IMG/VR virus record: IMGVR_UViG_3300027586_001229
Span: 1 to 24,393 of that record
DNA from: a virus
Lineage: Duplodnaviria; Caudoviricetes
Strand: one strand, 5' to 3'
DNA: 24,393 nucleotides
Under the pieces are notes generated by a model that saw only the letters and a list, made by a program, of their open reading frames with translations, had not been told where the DNA came from and did not search any database. Positions within the stretch are counted from its first letter, which is position 1. Every line of letters begins with the position of its first letter. Of the stretch, positions 1 to 8,295 are shown in pieces. A program made the translations under genes and the position numbers.

Positions 1-243
1 AATATATTTTGGTATTTTTTTCTCAAGATCAATAAATACTTCAAAAACTTCAGGGCTTTCATCCTTAAAAATTTTTTTAGATAAGTAGTTAAAGTCTGTA
101 GTCATTTCAGAAGTTTTTTCTTTAATAAAATTATCTAATATATAAAGAATTTCTTTTGATACAAAGTTATCAATAATAACAATATTGTCTTTTGATTGAC
201 CAATTATCTCAAAGCGACTTTCTATTTCTGTTTGTGTGAGCAT
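1..243 (-). CDS. Partial CDS (5' part), probable 2OG-Fe(II) oxygenase N-terminus
   Basis: Read manually: MLTQTEIESRFEIIGQSKDNIVIIDNFVSKEIL..., open to the window edge. IVIIDNFVS resembles the N-termini of the oxygenases at 293 (IKIIESFVD) and 14786 (FVIENFIT). Catalytic residues lie outside the window. Confidence 0.6.
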   Translation of the reverse strand, partial: MLTQTEIESRFEIIGQSKDNIVIIDNFVSKEILYILDNFIKEKTSEMTTDFNYLSKKIFKDESPEVFEVFIDLEKKIPKYI

Positions 244-249
244 ATATAA

Positions 250-286
250 ATTATAGCACAAACAATATTTCTTTATATGATATACT
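250..286. promoter_or_regulatory. Divergent pair of extended -10 promoters (leaderless)
   Basis: TGCTATAAT on - (250-258) and TGATATACT on + (278-286), each 6 nt before an ATG with no SD. Confidence 0.7.
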
Positions 287-292
287 TAATAA

Positions 293-871
293 ATGAAAGA
301 AGCAATGGATATAAAAATAATAGAAAGTTTTGTAGATCAGGAAGATGCTGACACACTAATAGACTATATAGAGACTAATAAACTAAATAAAGATAAGTTT
401 GTGTATACGGAATACCTAAAAACAGAAGAATCTCAGCAAGCCCAATCTCAAGTTCCAGAGCGATTTTCAATCAATGACCATGCAGAAGTAAAAGATATAT
501 ATATAAAGTATGCTAAAAAGTTTATTCAAGAATGTAAAATTTTTTTTGATAACTCAGAAGGCATTGGACTTTATGCACAATGGCTCACTATGTATGGAAT
601 TGGAAATGAACTACCAAGGCACAGAGACAACCACGAAGGCGCTGAAGAAATTGATTTTAGTGCAGTAATATATCTAAACGATAACTTTACTGGAGGAGAA
701 TTGCTATTGGAAGACTTCTCTTATTTGCATAAACCTAAAGCACTTAGCATAATAATATTTCATCCAACCTACTGGCACGAAATAAAGCCAATACTTAGTG
801 GTAAAAGATATGCTATGCCAATCTGGGGTACTCTAAACGATAAGCATAAACTTGATTTTATCAATGACTAA
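293..871 (+). CDS. 2OG-Fe(II) oxygenase (P4H-like)
   Basis: HRD...SAVIYLNDNFTGGEL...WHEIKPILSGKRY: HxD..H iron triad plus 2OG-binding Arg. Confidence 0.9.
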   Translation: MKEAMDIKIIESFVDQEDADTLIDYIETNKLNKDKFVYTEYLKTEESQQAQSQVPERFSINDHAEVKDIYIKYAKKFIQECKIFFDNSEGIGLYAQWLTMYGIGNELPRHRDNHEGAEEIDFSAVIYLNDNFTGGELLLEDFSYLHKPKALSIIIFHPTYWHEIKPILSGKRYAMPIWGTLNDKHKLDFIND

Positions 872-880
872 TGCTATACT
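852..880 (+). promoter_or_regulatory. SigA-type promoter
   Basis: TTGATT-17 nt-TATACT with a TGn extension; SD AGGAGG follows, before ATG 907. Confidence 0.55.
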
Positions 881-906
881 TGATATAACTAACTAGGAGG
901 ATTTAA

Positions 907-999
907 ATGATTCATGTACTTATGCTTATTCCCGCTTTTATTGCAGGATACCTTGCTTGCTATTTCTTTATGACCTATGGCGTAGACCAGGAGGAGTAA
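907..999 (+). CDS. Small single-TM membrane protein (30 aa)
   Basis: MIHVLMLIPAFIAGYLACYFFMTYGVDQEE; strong AGGAGG SD; TAATG overlap with the next gene; not in the ORF track. Confidence 0.7.
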   Translation: MIHVLMLIPAFIAGYLACYFFMTYGVDQEE

Positions 1000-1217
1000 T
1001 GGATCAGTATTGGTCGTGGCTTCTTGCTGCCATTGGAGTTTCTGGAATTTTTCTTGTAGGCCGTAAAACAATTTGGGGCTGGCTTGTTCTTTGTGTTAAT
1101 GAATGTCTTTGGATTATTTACGCACTAACAACTAAGCAGTATGGGTTTATCTTTGCTGCGATTGCATACGGAATTGTGTATGTTAAGTCTTTTATACATT
1201 GGAGAAAAACAGAATAA
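999..1217 (+). CDS. Small 3-TM membrane protein (PnuC/SemiSWEET-like half transporter?)
   Basis: Likely start at ATG 999 (GGAGGAG SD, TAATG coupling); three hydrophobic helices and a GRKTIWGW motif. Family assignment tentative. Confidence 0.6.
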   Translation: MDQYWSWLLAAIGVSGIFLVGRKTIWGWLVLCVNECLWIIYALTTKQYGFIFAAIAYGIVYVKSFIHWRKTE

Positions 1218-1218
1218 T

Positions 1219-1356
1219 TTATTCTGATTCTTTTTTTGGATGCTTTGGTGTATAAGGCTCTATTTTAGATTTAACTCTTCCATCTTTGTATAGTCTAACA
1301 ATCCATCCATCTTTAATTTGCATTGGATTAAATGCATATGATTTTTTCTTTGGCAT
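1219..1356 (-). CDS. Small basic hypothetical protein (45 aa)
   Basis: MPKKKSYAFNPMQIKDGWIVRLYKDGRVKSKIEPYTPKHPKKESE; starts 2 nt after the upstream stop and fills the gap exactly. Confidence 0.7.
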   Translation of the reverse strand: MPKKKSYAFNPMQIKDGWIVRLYKDGRVKSKIEPYTPKHPKKESE

Positions 1357-1358
1357 TA

Positions 1359-1691
1359 TTAGTCCTTAAATAGGTTAGTAACTCGTGTTTGTTTTGAATA
1401 ATCTTTTGCTGAAAAGAATATTGATTCTGTTTTTGTAACAGGTATGCAGTTAGGAACTGGATTACCATCTGCTCCTGGCTTCATTCCACGCTGAACATAG
1501 CCTTCCCAACACGGATCAGCCTTACCAATTGATGAGTCATACATCGCCATAGCAACTTCTGAATCAGTTTCTTCTTCTTTAGAACAAATTGGGCAGTCTG
1601 GGCAATCTACATTTAGTTCTTTGCAGGTTTCGCAACCGCATCCTTGGTATGTGCTTGTTGGCATCATTGAGTCATCAGATTTATTGGTCAT
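1359..1691 (-). CDS. Cys-rich hypothetical protein with CWxGY...VPNC module
   Basis: CGCETC-x5-CPDCPIC cluster, then DPCWEGYVQRGMKPGADGNPVPNCIPV; leaderless promoter 6 nt upstream. Confidence 0.75.
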   Translation of the reverse strand: MTNKSDDSMMPTSTYQGCGCETCKELNVDCPDCPICSKEEETDSEVAMAMYDSSIGKADPCWEGYVQRGMKPGADGNPVPNCIPVTKTESIFFSAKDYSKQTRVTNLFKD

Positions 1692-1697
1692 TATGCT

Positions 1698-1720
1698 AGT
1701 ATACCAGAATATGGTACAAT
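1698..1720. promoter_or_regulatory. Divergent pair of extended -10 promoters (leaderless)
   Basis: TGGTATACT on - (1698-1706, 6 nt to ATG 1691) and TGGTACAAT on + (1712-1720, 7 nt to ATG 1728). Confidence 0.7.
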
Positions 1721-1727
1721 TAGTATT

Positions 1728-2801
1728 ATGTCAAAAAATTGGGAAATTTCTGAGCATGAGGTGCCAGAAACATCAATAAAATACTACTCATTGTCCAATT
1801 TTGAGATTTCAGATAACCCAGAACTAGAAACTAAATATATATATGGTAATTCCTTTATAATAGATATTGATGGCTATCAGTATTTTCATTTTTTTCAGGA
1901 TAAAATTGGTCAATACGAATTCTTAAAGAGGTATGTAAAAGATCTTAGGCTTATTCTAGTTGGATCCTGGGATCATGAATATCCACCATCTAGCGCAGGA
2001 ATTGGTAGCATGGTTGTTACAGATGCTCTTTCTATATACAATATAAAAGAAGAAGATAAAATATTTTTAAATAGAGATAGCGCTTGGTTTGAAAAAACAT
2101 TTTATGCTAACAAAATTTTTAATAGATTTTTGCCAGTGGAGGCACCTGGTAATCATTTATTTCAAATATCAAAAGAAGAAAATAAAGAATACTATGCTTA
2201 CAATATTGAGACAGCAAAAATTATAAGAGAACTTTATTTGAACAGAGCAAAAGAAAAAGAAGTAAAAATATTTGTATCAAGAAAAAATATGAGTAATTTA
2301 ATTAGAAAAATGAAATCTTTAATAGATAAAAAAGAATCAGTTGGTCTAAACCTAGAAGAGGAAGACAGTTTAAATAAACAGATGAGAGTCTTTGGTCCTG
2401 AAGATAAAGATGCAATAAAAATAATTAAACAAAGATTCATTACTGAAGAAGATGAAGAGAAACTAGAGTCATTCTTTTTTGATAAAGGGTATAGGATGGT
2501 AGATCCATTTACTCTGACATTTAGTCAGCAAGTAGACCTGTTTACTAGAGTAACACATGTTGCATCTGTTAGAGGCAGCGGACTATACAACACTATATTT
2601 TGCAATCCAGATGTAAAAGTATTTGTCATAGATATAAGCAATGAGTATCATTTTGAATATAGATCTATTATAAATGTTGCAACAGAAAATGTTTATGAGG
2701 TACCAGTTAGATCACCTATAATTGACAGAACACCACAAGAATTGTTTTCTGTAGACAACATCATTAGAGTACTTGAAAACCACTACATAGATAAACTATA
2801 A
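1728..2801 (+). CDS. Glycosyltransferase family 61 (DUF563)-like
   Basis: YFHFFQD, KIFVSR, and LTFSQQVDLF..VTHVASVRGSGLYNTIFC match the GT61 pattern. Confidence 0.8.
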   Translation: MSKNWEISEHEVPETSIKYYSLSNFEISDNPELETKYIYGNSFIIDIDGYQYFHFFQDKIGQYEFLKRYVKDLRLILVGSWDHEYPPSSAGIGSMVVTDALSIYNIKEEDKIFLNRDSAWFEKTFYANKIFNRFLPVEAPGNHLFQISKEENKEYYAYNIETAKIIRELYLNRAKEKEVKIFVSRKNMSNLIRKMKSLIDKKESVGLNLEEEDSLNKQMRVFGPEDKDAIKIIKQRFITEEDEEKLESFFFDKGYRMVDPFTLTFSQQVDLFTRVTHVASVRGSGLYNTIFCNPDVKVFVIDISNEYHFEYRSIINVATENVYEVPVRSPIIDRTPQELFSVDNIIRVLENHYIDKL

Positions 2802-3839
2802 CTATACTACTGAGTTTTTTATTACTGAATCCAGTACAAAGTATTTATCTAAATGCAAACCCTTTGTCTTTGGCATTGCAGAAGACTCGCTAAAACATAT
2901 TTCGTTTACATTCAAATCTCTTGCTTTCAGGTATTTTGTAAATTCGTACCCCCAAAAGTTTTGAGTACTAATTATATTTACAATAGATTTTGGAGCCATA
3001 TAAACTCCAGGAAACATGTTGCTTCCATCCATCCCAGCCAGGTGTGTGGCTTGGCTCATGAGAGAAAACTGTTCAATAAGGTTCATAGATCCCATATTTA
3101 CGACCTTGTACCCATTAGATACAAAATATTTTATTATATCCCTTTCATCATAGACCCTATCAGATTCTTTGTTATCAAAATAGGAATGATCAAATGAGAG
3201 AAACTCAGGATCTTTTTCGTCATATGGCATTCTGCTAGAGTATATCTTTTTAAATTCTGAATTATTTTTTAATGGTAAAAACTTATCTATTATTTTTTGT
3301 ATATATTGAAACCTAATTGGAATAAGTTCTTCGTGAGAGAAATCGAATAGATCTTTTTGTATTGAAAATGGAGTTAGTCTATCGTAGTCCCACATAGATC
3401 TTGTAGGCATAAGTACGACCTCTTCAAACTGAATAGTATCTTCAACCATATCTAGTATTGTGTTTGATTTGTTATACATTCTTTGAACCTCTAAAACAAA
3501 TAGGTTCTTTGGATTCTTTGACTCTCTAAAAAATTGTCCAAAATCTCCATCGTTTGTATCTTTTGCACAAAATACTATGTTTATCTCAGGATCAATAGCC
3601 TTCAAATATTCGTATGTTCCAATAATGTCTACAAGTGTGTGATAGTACTGGCTACATGCTGGAGCAAGAAAAGACTTTCCAGGAACATATATCTTATTTT
3701 TGCCAGAAGTTGGAGATGTTGTGTAATTATGTATGTGAATTATTTTTAGGTTGTCATCTGTTGAGTTTGATAGTGATACAGAATCAAAAGAATACTCTAT
3801 AAAATCCCTATGACCATAATAGTTGCCTTCAAAATCCAT
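2802..3839 (-). CDS. Glycosyltransferase family 61 (DUF563)-like
   Basis: YYHTLVD, KKIYSSR, and MNLIEQFSLMSQATHLAGMDGSNMFPGVYM match the GT61 pattern; paralog of the convergent gene. Confidence 0.8.
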   Translation of the reverse strand: MDFEGNYYGHRDFIEYSFDSVSLSNSTDDNLKIIHIHNYTTSPTSGKNKIYVPGKSFLAPACSQYYHTLVDIIGTYEYLKAIDPEINIVFCAKDTNDGDFGQFFRESKNPKNLFVLEVQRMYNKSNTILDMVEDTIQFEEVVLMPTRSMWDYDRLTPFSIQKDLFDFSHEELIPIRFQYIQKIIDKFLPLKNNSEFKKIYSSRMPYDEKDPEFLSFDHSYFDNKESDRVYDERDIIKYFVSNGYKVVNMGSMNLIEQFSLMSQATHLAGMDGSNMFPGVYMAPKSIVNIISTQNFWGYEFTKYLKARDLNVNEICFSESSAMPKTKGLHLDKYFVLDSVIKNSVV

Positions 3840-3845
3840 ATTTTT

Positions 3846-3854
3846 ATTATATCA
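3846..3854 (-). promoter_or_regulatory. Extended -10 promoter (leaderless)
   Basis: TGATATAAT 6 nt upstream of ATG 3839; no SD. Confidence 0.65.
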
Positions 3855-3889
3855 TATAGTGTATAATTAGAAGGTATCGAAAGGGTTTT

Positions 3890-4990
3890 ATGAATATTGT
3901 TATACCTATGGCAGGCCTTGGTTCCCGCTTCCAAAATGCTGGGGTGCTAACACCAAAGCCACTAATAGTTGTCAATGGTAAAACTCTTATAGAACACTCA
4001 GTAGAATCTTTAGAAATTGAAGGCAGATACATTTTTATTACAAGGATATACGATGATCCACAAGACAATGAAACATTAACATCAATACTAAAAAGATTAA
4101 AGCCCGACTCAATTGAAATACAAATAGACAAGATGCAGTATGGTGCTGCCGATGCCTGCCTGTATGCAAAAGATTATATAAACAATGATGATGAGTTAAT
4201 TATTACAAATTGTGATCAACTTCTATCTTGGAATTCAGAAAATTTTTTATCAGAAATAAGAGACTCTGACTATGATGGTGGAGTTGTACTATTTAAATCA
4301 AAAAATGATAAAAATAGTTTTGCAGAAGTTTCTGCAAATAGGGTCATAAGGATTGCAGAAAAGGATCCGATTAGTGATAATGCCCTTGTTGGTATTCATC
4401 ATTGGAAGCACGGACACGACTTTGTTGTTTCTGCTGAAAGACTACTAAAAGAATACAAAAGTTTTGGACTAAAAGAATGCTATATTTCCAACACATATAA
4501 CTATTTAATTAATGAAGGTAAAAACATACTACCTCATAAAATTGAAAACAATATGTTTATTCCGCTTGGAACACCAGAAGATGTAGAGATCTATCTGGCA
4601 AAGATTAAAGAGTTCTATACTGAAAAACCAAAGACAATATTTTGTGACATAGATGGAACAATAATAAAACATGCTCACAGATTTAGTCATATAGGTAAAG
4701 AGGATCCACAAGAACTTGATGGAGTTATTGCAAAATTTAATGAGTGGGATTCAAAAGGTCATAAAATTATTCTCACAACTGCAAGGAAAGAGTCTGCAAG
4801 GTACATTACCGAAAAGCATCTAAGCGACCTTGGGTTTTGCTGGGACTATTTGCTAATGGGAATAACTAGCGGAACAAGATTTTTAATTAATGATAAACTA
4901 AATAAATCTGATCCAGACAGGGCTGTAGCAATAAGCCTTATTACTGATAAAGGGTTCGTAGATACCGACTGGGAAGGTTTTGGGCTATGA
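3890..4990 (+). CDS. Sugar-phosphate nucleotidyltransferase fused to C-terminal HAD-like phosphatase
   Basis: IVIPMAGLGSRF...PKPLI, NCD, AEKDPIS and LGTPED (NTP_transferase), then TIFCDIDGTI, IILTTAR and INDK (HAD motifs). Confidence 0.9.
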   Translation: MNIVIPMAGLGSRFQNAGVLTPKPLIVVNGKTLIEHSVESLEIEGRYIFITRIYDDPQDNETLTSILKRLKPDSIEIQIDKMQYGAADACLYAKDYINNDDELIITNCDQLLSWNSENFLSEIRDSDYDGGVVLFKSKNDKNSFAEVSANRVIRIAEKDPISDNALVGIHHWKHGHDFVVSAERLLKEYKSFGLKECYISNTYNYLINEGKNILPHKIENNMFIPLGTPEDVEIYLAKIKEFYTEKPKTIFCDIDGTIIKHAHRFSHIGKEDPQELDGVIAKFNEWDSKGHKIILTTARKESARYITEKHLSDLGFCWDYLLMGITSGTRFLINDKLNKSDPDRAVAISLITDKGFVDTDWEGFGL

Positions 4991-5319
4991 AATTATCAAG
5001 AATAGAGGATACTGATCGTGGATGGTTTGTAGGCAATTTTGAAAAAGCAGCATTTCAAACTGATGCCTGCGAAGTTTCCTATAAGTTTCATGTAAAGGGA
5101 GAGCATTGGCCACTGCACTATCAAGAAAAAATAACAGAAATAAATCTTTTAGTGTCTGGAGAAATGATAATACAGGGCCAAAAATTAATTCCTGGAGATA
5201 TTTTTATTATGTATCCATACGAAATTGCTGACCCAGAATTTTTGACTGACTGTGGCATTGTATGTGTTAAATTGCCTGGAATACAAAACGATAAAGTTGT
5301 AGTTGAAAGAATAACATGA
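4987..5319 (+). CDS. Cupin (RmlC-like) domain protein
   Basis: GWFVGNF, HYQ...TEINLLVSGEM and PGDIF..PYE; ATGA-coupled to both neighbours. Confidence 0.75.
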   Translation: MKLSRIEDTDRGWFVGNFEKAAFQTDACEVSYKFHVKGEHWPLHYQEKITEINLLVSGEMIIQGQKLIPGDIFIMYPYEIADPEFLTDCGIVCVKLPGIQNDKVVVERIT

Positions 5320-5783
5320 GAGTAATAGCCCATAGGGGTAATCTAGATGGACCAGATCCAGAAAATGAGAATAAATATTCATATATACAATCATGCCTAG
5401 ACCTAGGCTTTGATGTAGAAATAGATATCTGGTCTATAGATGGACAACTATACCTTGGTCATGACAAGCCACAGTATGCTATTGATAAGCCATCAGTGGC
5501 CTCTGTAGGGCTTAATGGTTGGTTTCATTGTAAGAACCTAGGGGCTTTAGAATACTTTAAAGATAATCTTAATAGTCTTAATTATTTCTGGCATCAATCA
5601 GATGATTATGCTATTACTAGTAATGGATACTTTTGGACATACCCTGGAAAATTAATAGGAGAACAATCAATAATAGTTTTACCAGAGATTATAGAAGCAT
5701 CTGAAGTTGTAAAAATGTTAGCAGCAAAACCGTATGGTGTATGTACTGATTATCCAAAACAATATAGAAAAGCAGGCCACTAG
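5316..5783 (+). CDS. GDPD/PLC-like phosphodiesterase-fold protein
   Basis: IAHRG, EN, DVEIDIW, LGHD and GVCTD motifs. Confidence 0.8.
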   Translation: MRVIAHRGNLDGPDPENENKYSYIQSCLDLGFDVEIDIWSIDGQLYLGHDKPQYAIDKPSVASVGLNGWFHCKNLGALEYFKDNLNSLNYFWHQSDDYAITSNGYFWTYPGKLIGEQSIIVLPEIIEASEVVKMLAAKPYGVCTDYPKQYRKAGH

Positions 5784-5798
5784 TTAAAGTGACCTGCT
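5764..5798 (-). terminator. Intrinsic terminator at convergent junction
   Basis: Minus strand: AGCAGGTCAC-tttaacta-GTGGCCTGCT (10 bp including one U-G pair), followed by TTTCTAT. Confidence 0.7.
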
Positions 5799-5811
5799 AG
5801 ACTACTTAGAA

Positions 5812-6111
5812 TTAAAGGGCTACTGAATTGCCCTTACCTCCGCCAGATGACTTCTTTGCAGGAGCCTTCTTTGCGATCTTCTTAACTACTTTGGCAGATC
5901 TAACTGCCTTGTCAACCTCATCAACGGATGGCATCTTGCCAAACGCCTTGTCATTAGGGTTGGCTGCTCTTAATGCTACAGGAACAAGTGCTCCAAGTAG
6001 TGCGTATGCAAGTGTCTTTGGGTCAGTTACACCAGATGCATACAACGCTGTTGCTGCTCCGATTACTGATCTTCCATATGATGCTAGTGCTGCTTTAATT
6101 TGTTCATTCAT
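5812..6111 (-). CDS. Holin-like membrane protein
   Basis: Two hydrophobic segments (SYGRSVIGAATALYASG; LAYALLGALVPVALRAANPND..FG), basic C-terminal tail, AGGAGG SD. Confidence 0.6.
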   Translation of the reverse strand: MNEQIKAALASYGRSVIGAATALYASGVTDPKTLAYALLGALVPVALRAANPNDKAFGKMPSVDEVDKAVRSAKVVKKIAKKAPAKKSSGGGKGNSVAL

Positions 6112-6122
6112 TTTTATTCCTC

Positions 6123-6281
6123 CTAGGATATGAATTTAGTTAGTACTGTAAAACCAATCCATAGACCAATAATTCCTGCGACTCCCGCAAAAACTGGTGG
6201 TGCTGGTACTGGCAATTTGAATGCAGCAAATACTACGCCACATCCAAAACCTGTTAGTGTTGATAGAAAAACATCTCTCAT
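6123..6281 (-). CDS. XapX-domain (DUF1427) small membrane protein
   Basis: Read manually: MRDVFLSTLTGFGCGVVFAAFKLPVPAPPVFAGVAGIIGLWIGFTVLTKFIS; LPxPAPP between two TM helices. Confidence 0.85.
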   Translation of the reverse strand: MRDVFLSTLTGFGCGVVFAAFKLPVPAPPVFAGVAGIIGLWIGFTVLTKFIS

Positions 6282-6442
6282 CTGTAAACCTTCTCCATTA
6301 ATTGTTTGTGGTGATCTGAACAGACATCTACAATTTTAGACTCTGTAGCAAATATTTTTTCTGCTTCAACCTCACAATGCAAGACATGGCATGAATAAAA
6401 AGCATCATATGCTACATCTTCTCGTGATTTGAACTCTATCAT
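6278..6442 (-). CDS. Small putative Zn-binding protein (54 aa)
   Basis: MIEFKSREDVAYDAFYSCHVLHCEVEAEKIFATESKIVDVCSDHHKQLMEKVYR; Cx4C..CxxH; ATGA overlaps at both ends. Confidence 0.75.
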   Translation of the reverse strand: MIEFKSREDVAYDAFYSCHVLHCEVEAEKIFATESKIVDVCSDHHKQLMEKVYR

Positions 6443-6855
6443 ATATCTATTTTACCATAATCCTCTGGCAATAATGACTTTAATTCTTTGTACGCTGATG
6501 AGATACGCTTCATGGAATTATAGTTAGGCTCAGCAGCCATAAGATCGCTATACTCATCAAAATACAAGATCTCTGGCTCAACACTGATAATAAATTTATC
6601 AATTCCTTCCTGAACAGACTCTATATATTCAAATGCCATGTCTCTTGATTTAGAAACAAAGGATAAGAAGTCGTCGTTTTGTAGTCCTGGCTTTTGTATT
6701 TCAGTTTTAAGTTTTTCAAATACAACTGCTTTATCGATGTGAGCCTGTAGATTTTTTTCTAACAATTCTATATTCTTAATTCTAAGTCTCATATTGTTGA
6801 AGGCAAGAAATAAAAATATAATTATTGCAAGACTATATCCTATAATATCAATCAT
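6439..6855 (-). CDS. Hypothetical protein with N-terminal TM helix
   Basis: 138 aa ORF with TM helix then helical region; GGAGG SD; ATGA coupling. Confidence 0.8.
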   Translation of the reverse strand: MIDIIGYSLAIIIFLFLAFNNMRLRIKNIELLEKNLQAHIDKAVVFEKLKTEIQKPGLQNDDFLSFVSKSRDMAFEYIESVQEGIDKFIISVEPEILYFDEYSDLMAAEPNYNSMKRISSAYKELKSLLPEDYGKIDI

Positions 6856-7088
6856 TCTTCTTTTCCTCCCTCTCTTACTAATAGTACAATTGCACCATTG
6901 TCCTCTAGTGCTTTTTTAACTTTAATCATATACTCAACTGCATAAACTTTGTCTTCTCCAGTAAGTGACATGAAGTCTTTTTCCGATGCCCGTACCGACA
7001 AAAAATGTTCGTTGTCAACTATTGTAAGGGAAAACCCTTTTGGTCCAGACAATGATCTAATTGCTCTCTTCATTGAATCTGTATACAT
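6852..7088 (-). CDS. Hypothetical protein
   Basis: 78 aa ORF tightly packed in the minus-strand operon. Confidence 0.75.
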   Translation of the reverse strand: MYTDSMKRAIRSLSGPKGFSLTIVDNEHFLSVRASEKDFMSLTGEDKVYAVEYMIKVKKALEDNGAIVLLVREGGKEE

Positions 7089-7655
7089 CTATGACTCTAT
7101 GTATCTATTAGGAATGATGTCAAATATTAAATGAATTCTTTGGCTTGGTCCAGAGTTGTTAACTGAATGATCTTTGGTATTATTAATTTCCCAAAGTTCT
7201 CCTTCTTTCATATTAACTGAATGATCTTGAACTGAGAATGTAACATTTTCGCTAGTAACTATAGGCAGATGATGTCTTCTTGATAACTCAAGATATGTCC
7301 CATAATCTCTGTGAACTGGAATATCCCCTTCATTAACAAGTCTAACAATAAGAACTCTTCCTGCTTTGCCATCGTGCTTTAGTTCCATTTCTTTTACAAT
7401 AGGGCCAACATAATTCCAGAATACTGGATCATCAGCAAGCACAACTGGGTGATATCCATCTGAGATTTCCCAATTCAAATCAAAGTCCTGCAAAAGATAT
7501 GTTTCTGTATCCTTATGTATCCTATGTAGTTCTTGTCTAGATGTGTCTATCTTCCACTCGTCCGAATACTTTAATATGTGCTCACGAAGTTCAGCAATAT
7601 CATAGTATCCGTGCTGAAGCATTGTAAATTCCTCATGCTCTTTTAGCATTAACAT
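7089..7655 (-). CDS. Aspartyl/asparaginyl beta-hydroxylase-like 2OG-Fe(II) oxygenase
   Basis: IPVHRD, RHHLPIVT and GELWEINNTKDHSVNN...RIHLIFD. Start could be 7658, 7655 or 7649. Confidence 0.88.
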   Translation of the reverse strand: MLMLKEHEEFTMLQHGYYDIAELREHILKYSDEWKIDTSRQELHRIHKDTETYLLQDFDLNWEISDGYHPVVLADDPVFWNYVGPIVKEMELKHDGKAGRVLIVRLVNEGDIPVHRDYGTYLELSRRHHLPIVTSENVTFSVQDHSVNMKEGELWEINNTKDHSVNNSGPSQRIHLIFDIIPNRYIES

Positions 7656-7788
7656 CACCTATTCTCGATCCTATCCAAACCAACAGTCCATGCCCTAGTG
7701 GGCAGTCAAATGACATAAAAACTTCTTCTGGAGTTTCTGTAGATATATATGTTGAGCATGTATAGCATTTATATATGTTCTTGTTCAT
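7633..7788 (-). CDS. Small Zn-ribbon-like protein (51 aa)
   Basis: MNKNIYKCYTCSTYISTETPEEVFMSFDCPLGHGLLVWIGSRIGDVNAKRA; CxxC..CxxxH; GGAGG upstream; fills an otherwise empty gap. Confidence 0.6.
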   Translation of the reverse strand: MNKNIYKCYTCSTYISTETPEEVFMSFDCPLGHGLLVWIGSRIGDVNAKRA

Positions 7789-8071
7789 TTTCCTCCATCG
7801 TCAATGATTGCCATGTACTAGCCCATTGTACCTTATTTCTATGTCTATTGAACTCTCTAGATATAGATCCATTTTCTAGATATATACCGCCCCAAACTCC
7901 CCATTCTTTTTGAGATACGCCAACAGCAAAACACATTTTGTTTACTGGGCATTCTGAGCAGAGTTTGTCTACTGCTGGTCTTAGTTCTTCTTGATCCTCA
8001 TACTTATCAAAGAATATGTTAGTGTCATAGTCTAAGCAGGAACCTTTTTCTTTCCAATCATGCTTAGCCAT
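7769..8071 (-). CDS. whiB: WhiB-family Fe-S transcription factor
   Basis: Four Cys (C..CSECPVNKMC) plus the GVWGG turn. Confidence 0.92.
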   Translation of the reverse strand: MAKHDWKEKGSCLDYDTNIFFDKYEDQEELRPAVDKLCSECPVNKMCFAVGVSQKEWGVWGGIYLENGSISREFNRHRNKVQWASTWQSLTMEENEQEHI

Positions 8072-8073
8072 AA

Positions 8074-8283
8074 CTACCTCACAAACTTATCAGGAATCTC
8101 CCACCCAACAGTTGAAGGAACAAAACGACTTTGAATATACCACTTACCTTTTATGTAAGCACCTGTATTAGATGTTCTGCCCTTTTCTGAAGGGAGAGAA
8201 TTAACTACTGTCCAGCCATCCCAGGACATAGTTTTGTTTTTTGATACAATTTTTTCCATTTGATCTAAATCTTTTACAATCAT
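8074..8283 (-). CDS. Hypothetical protein
   Basis: 69 aa Trp-rich ORF within the operon. Confidence 0.75.
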   Translation of the reverse strand: MIVKDLDQMEKIVSKNKTMSWDGWTVVNSLPSEKGRTSNTGAYIKGKWYIQSRFVPSTVGWEIPDKFVR

Positions 8284-8295
8284 TTTAACCTTTTC

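Noticed and set aside
957-998. Longer TTG start for the 3-TM protein
   Set aside because: It lies within the upstream 30 aa ORF; ATG 999 has an SD and TAATG coupling.
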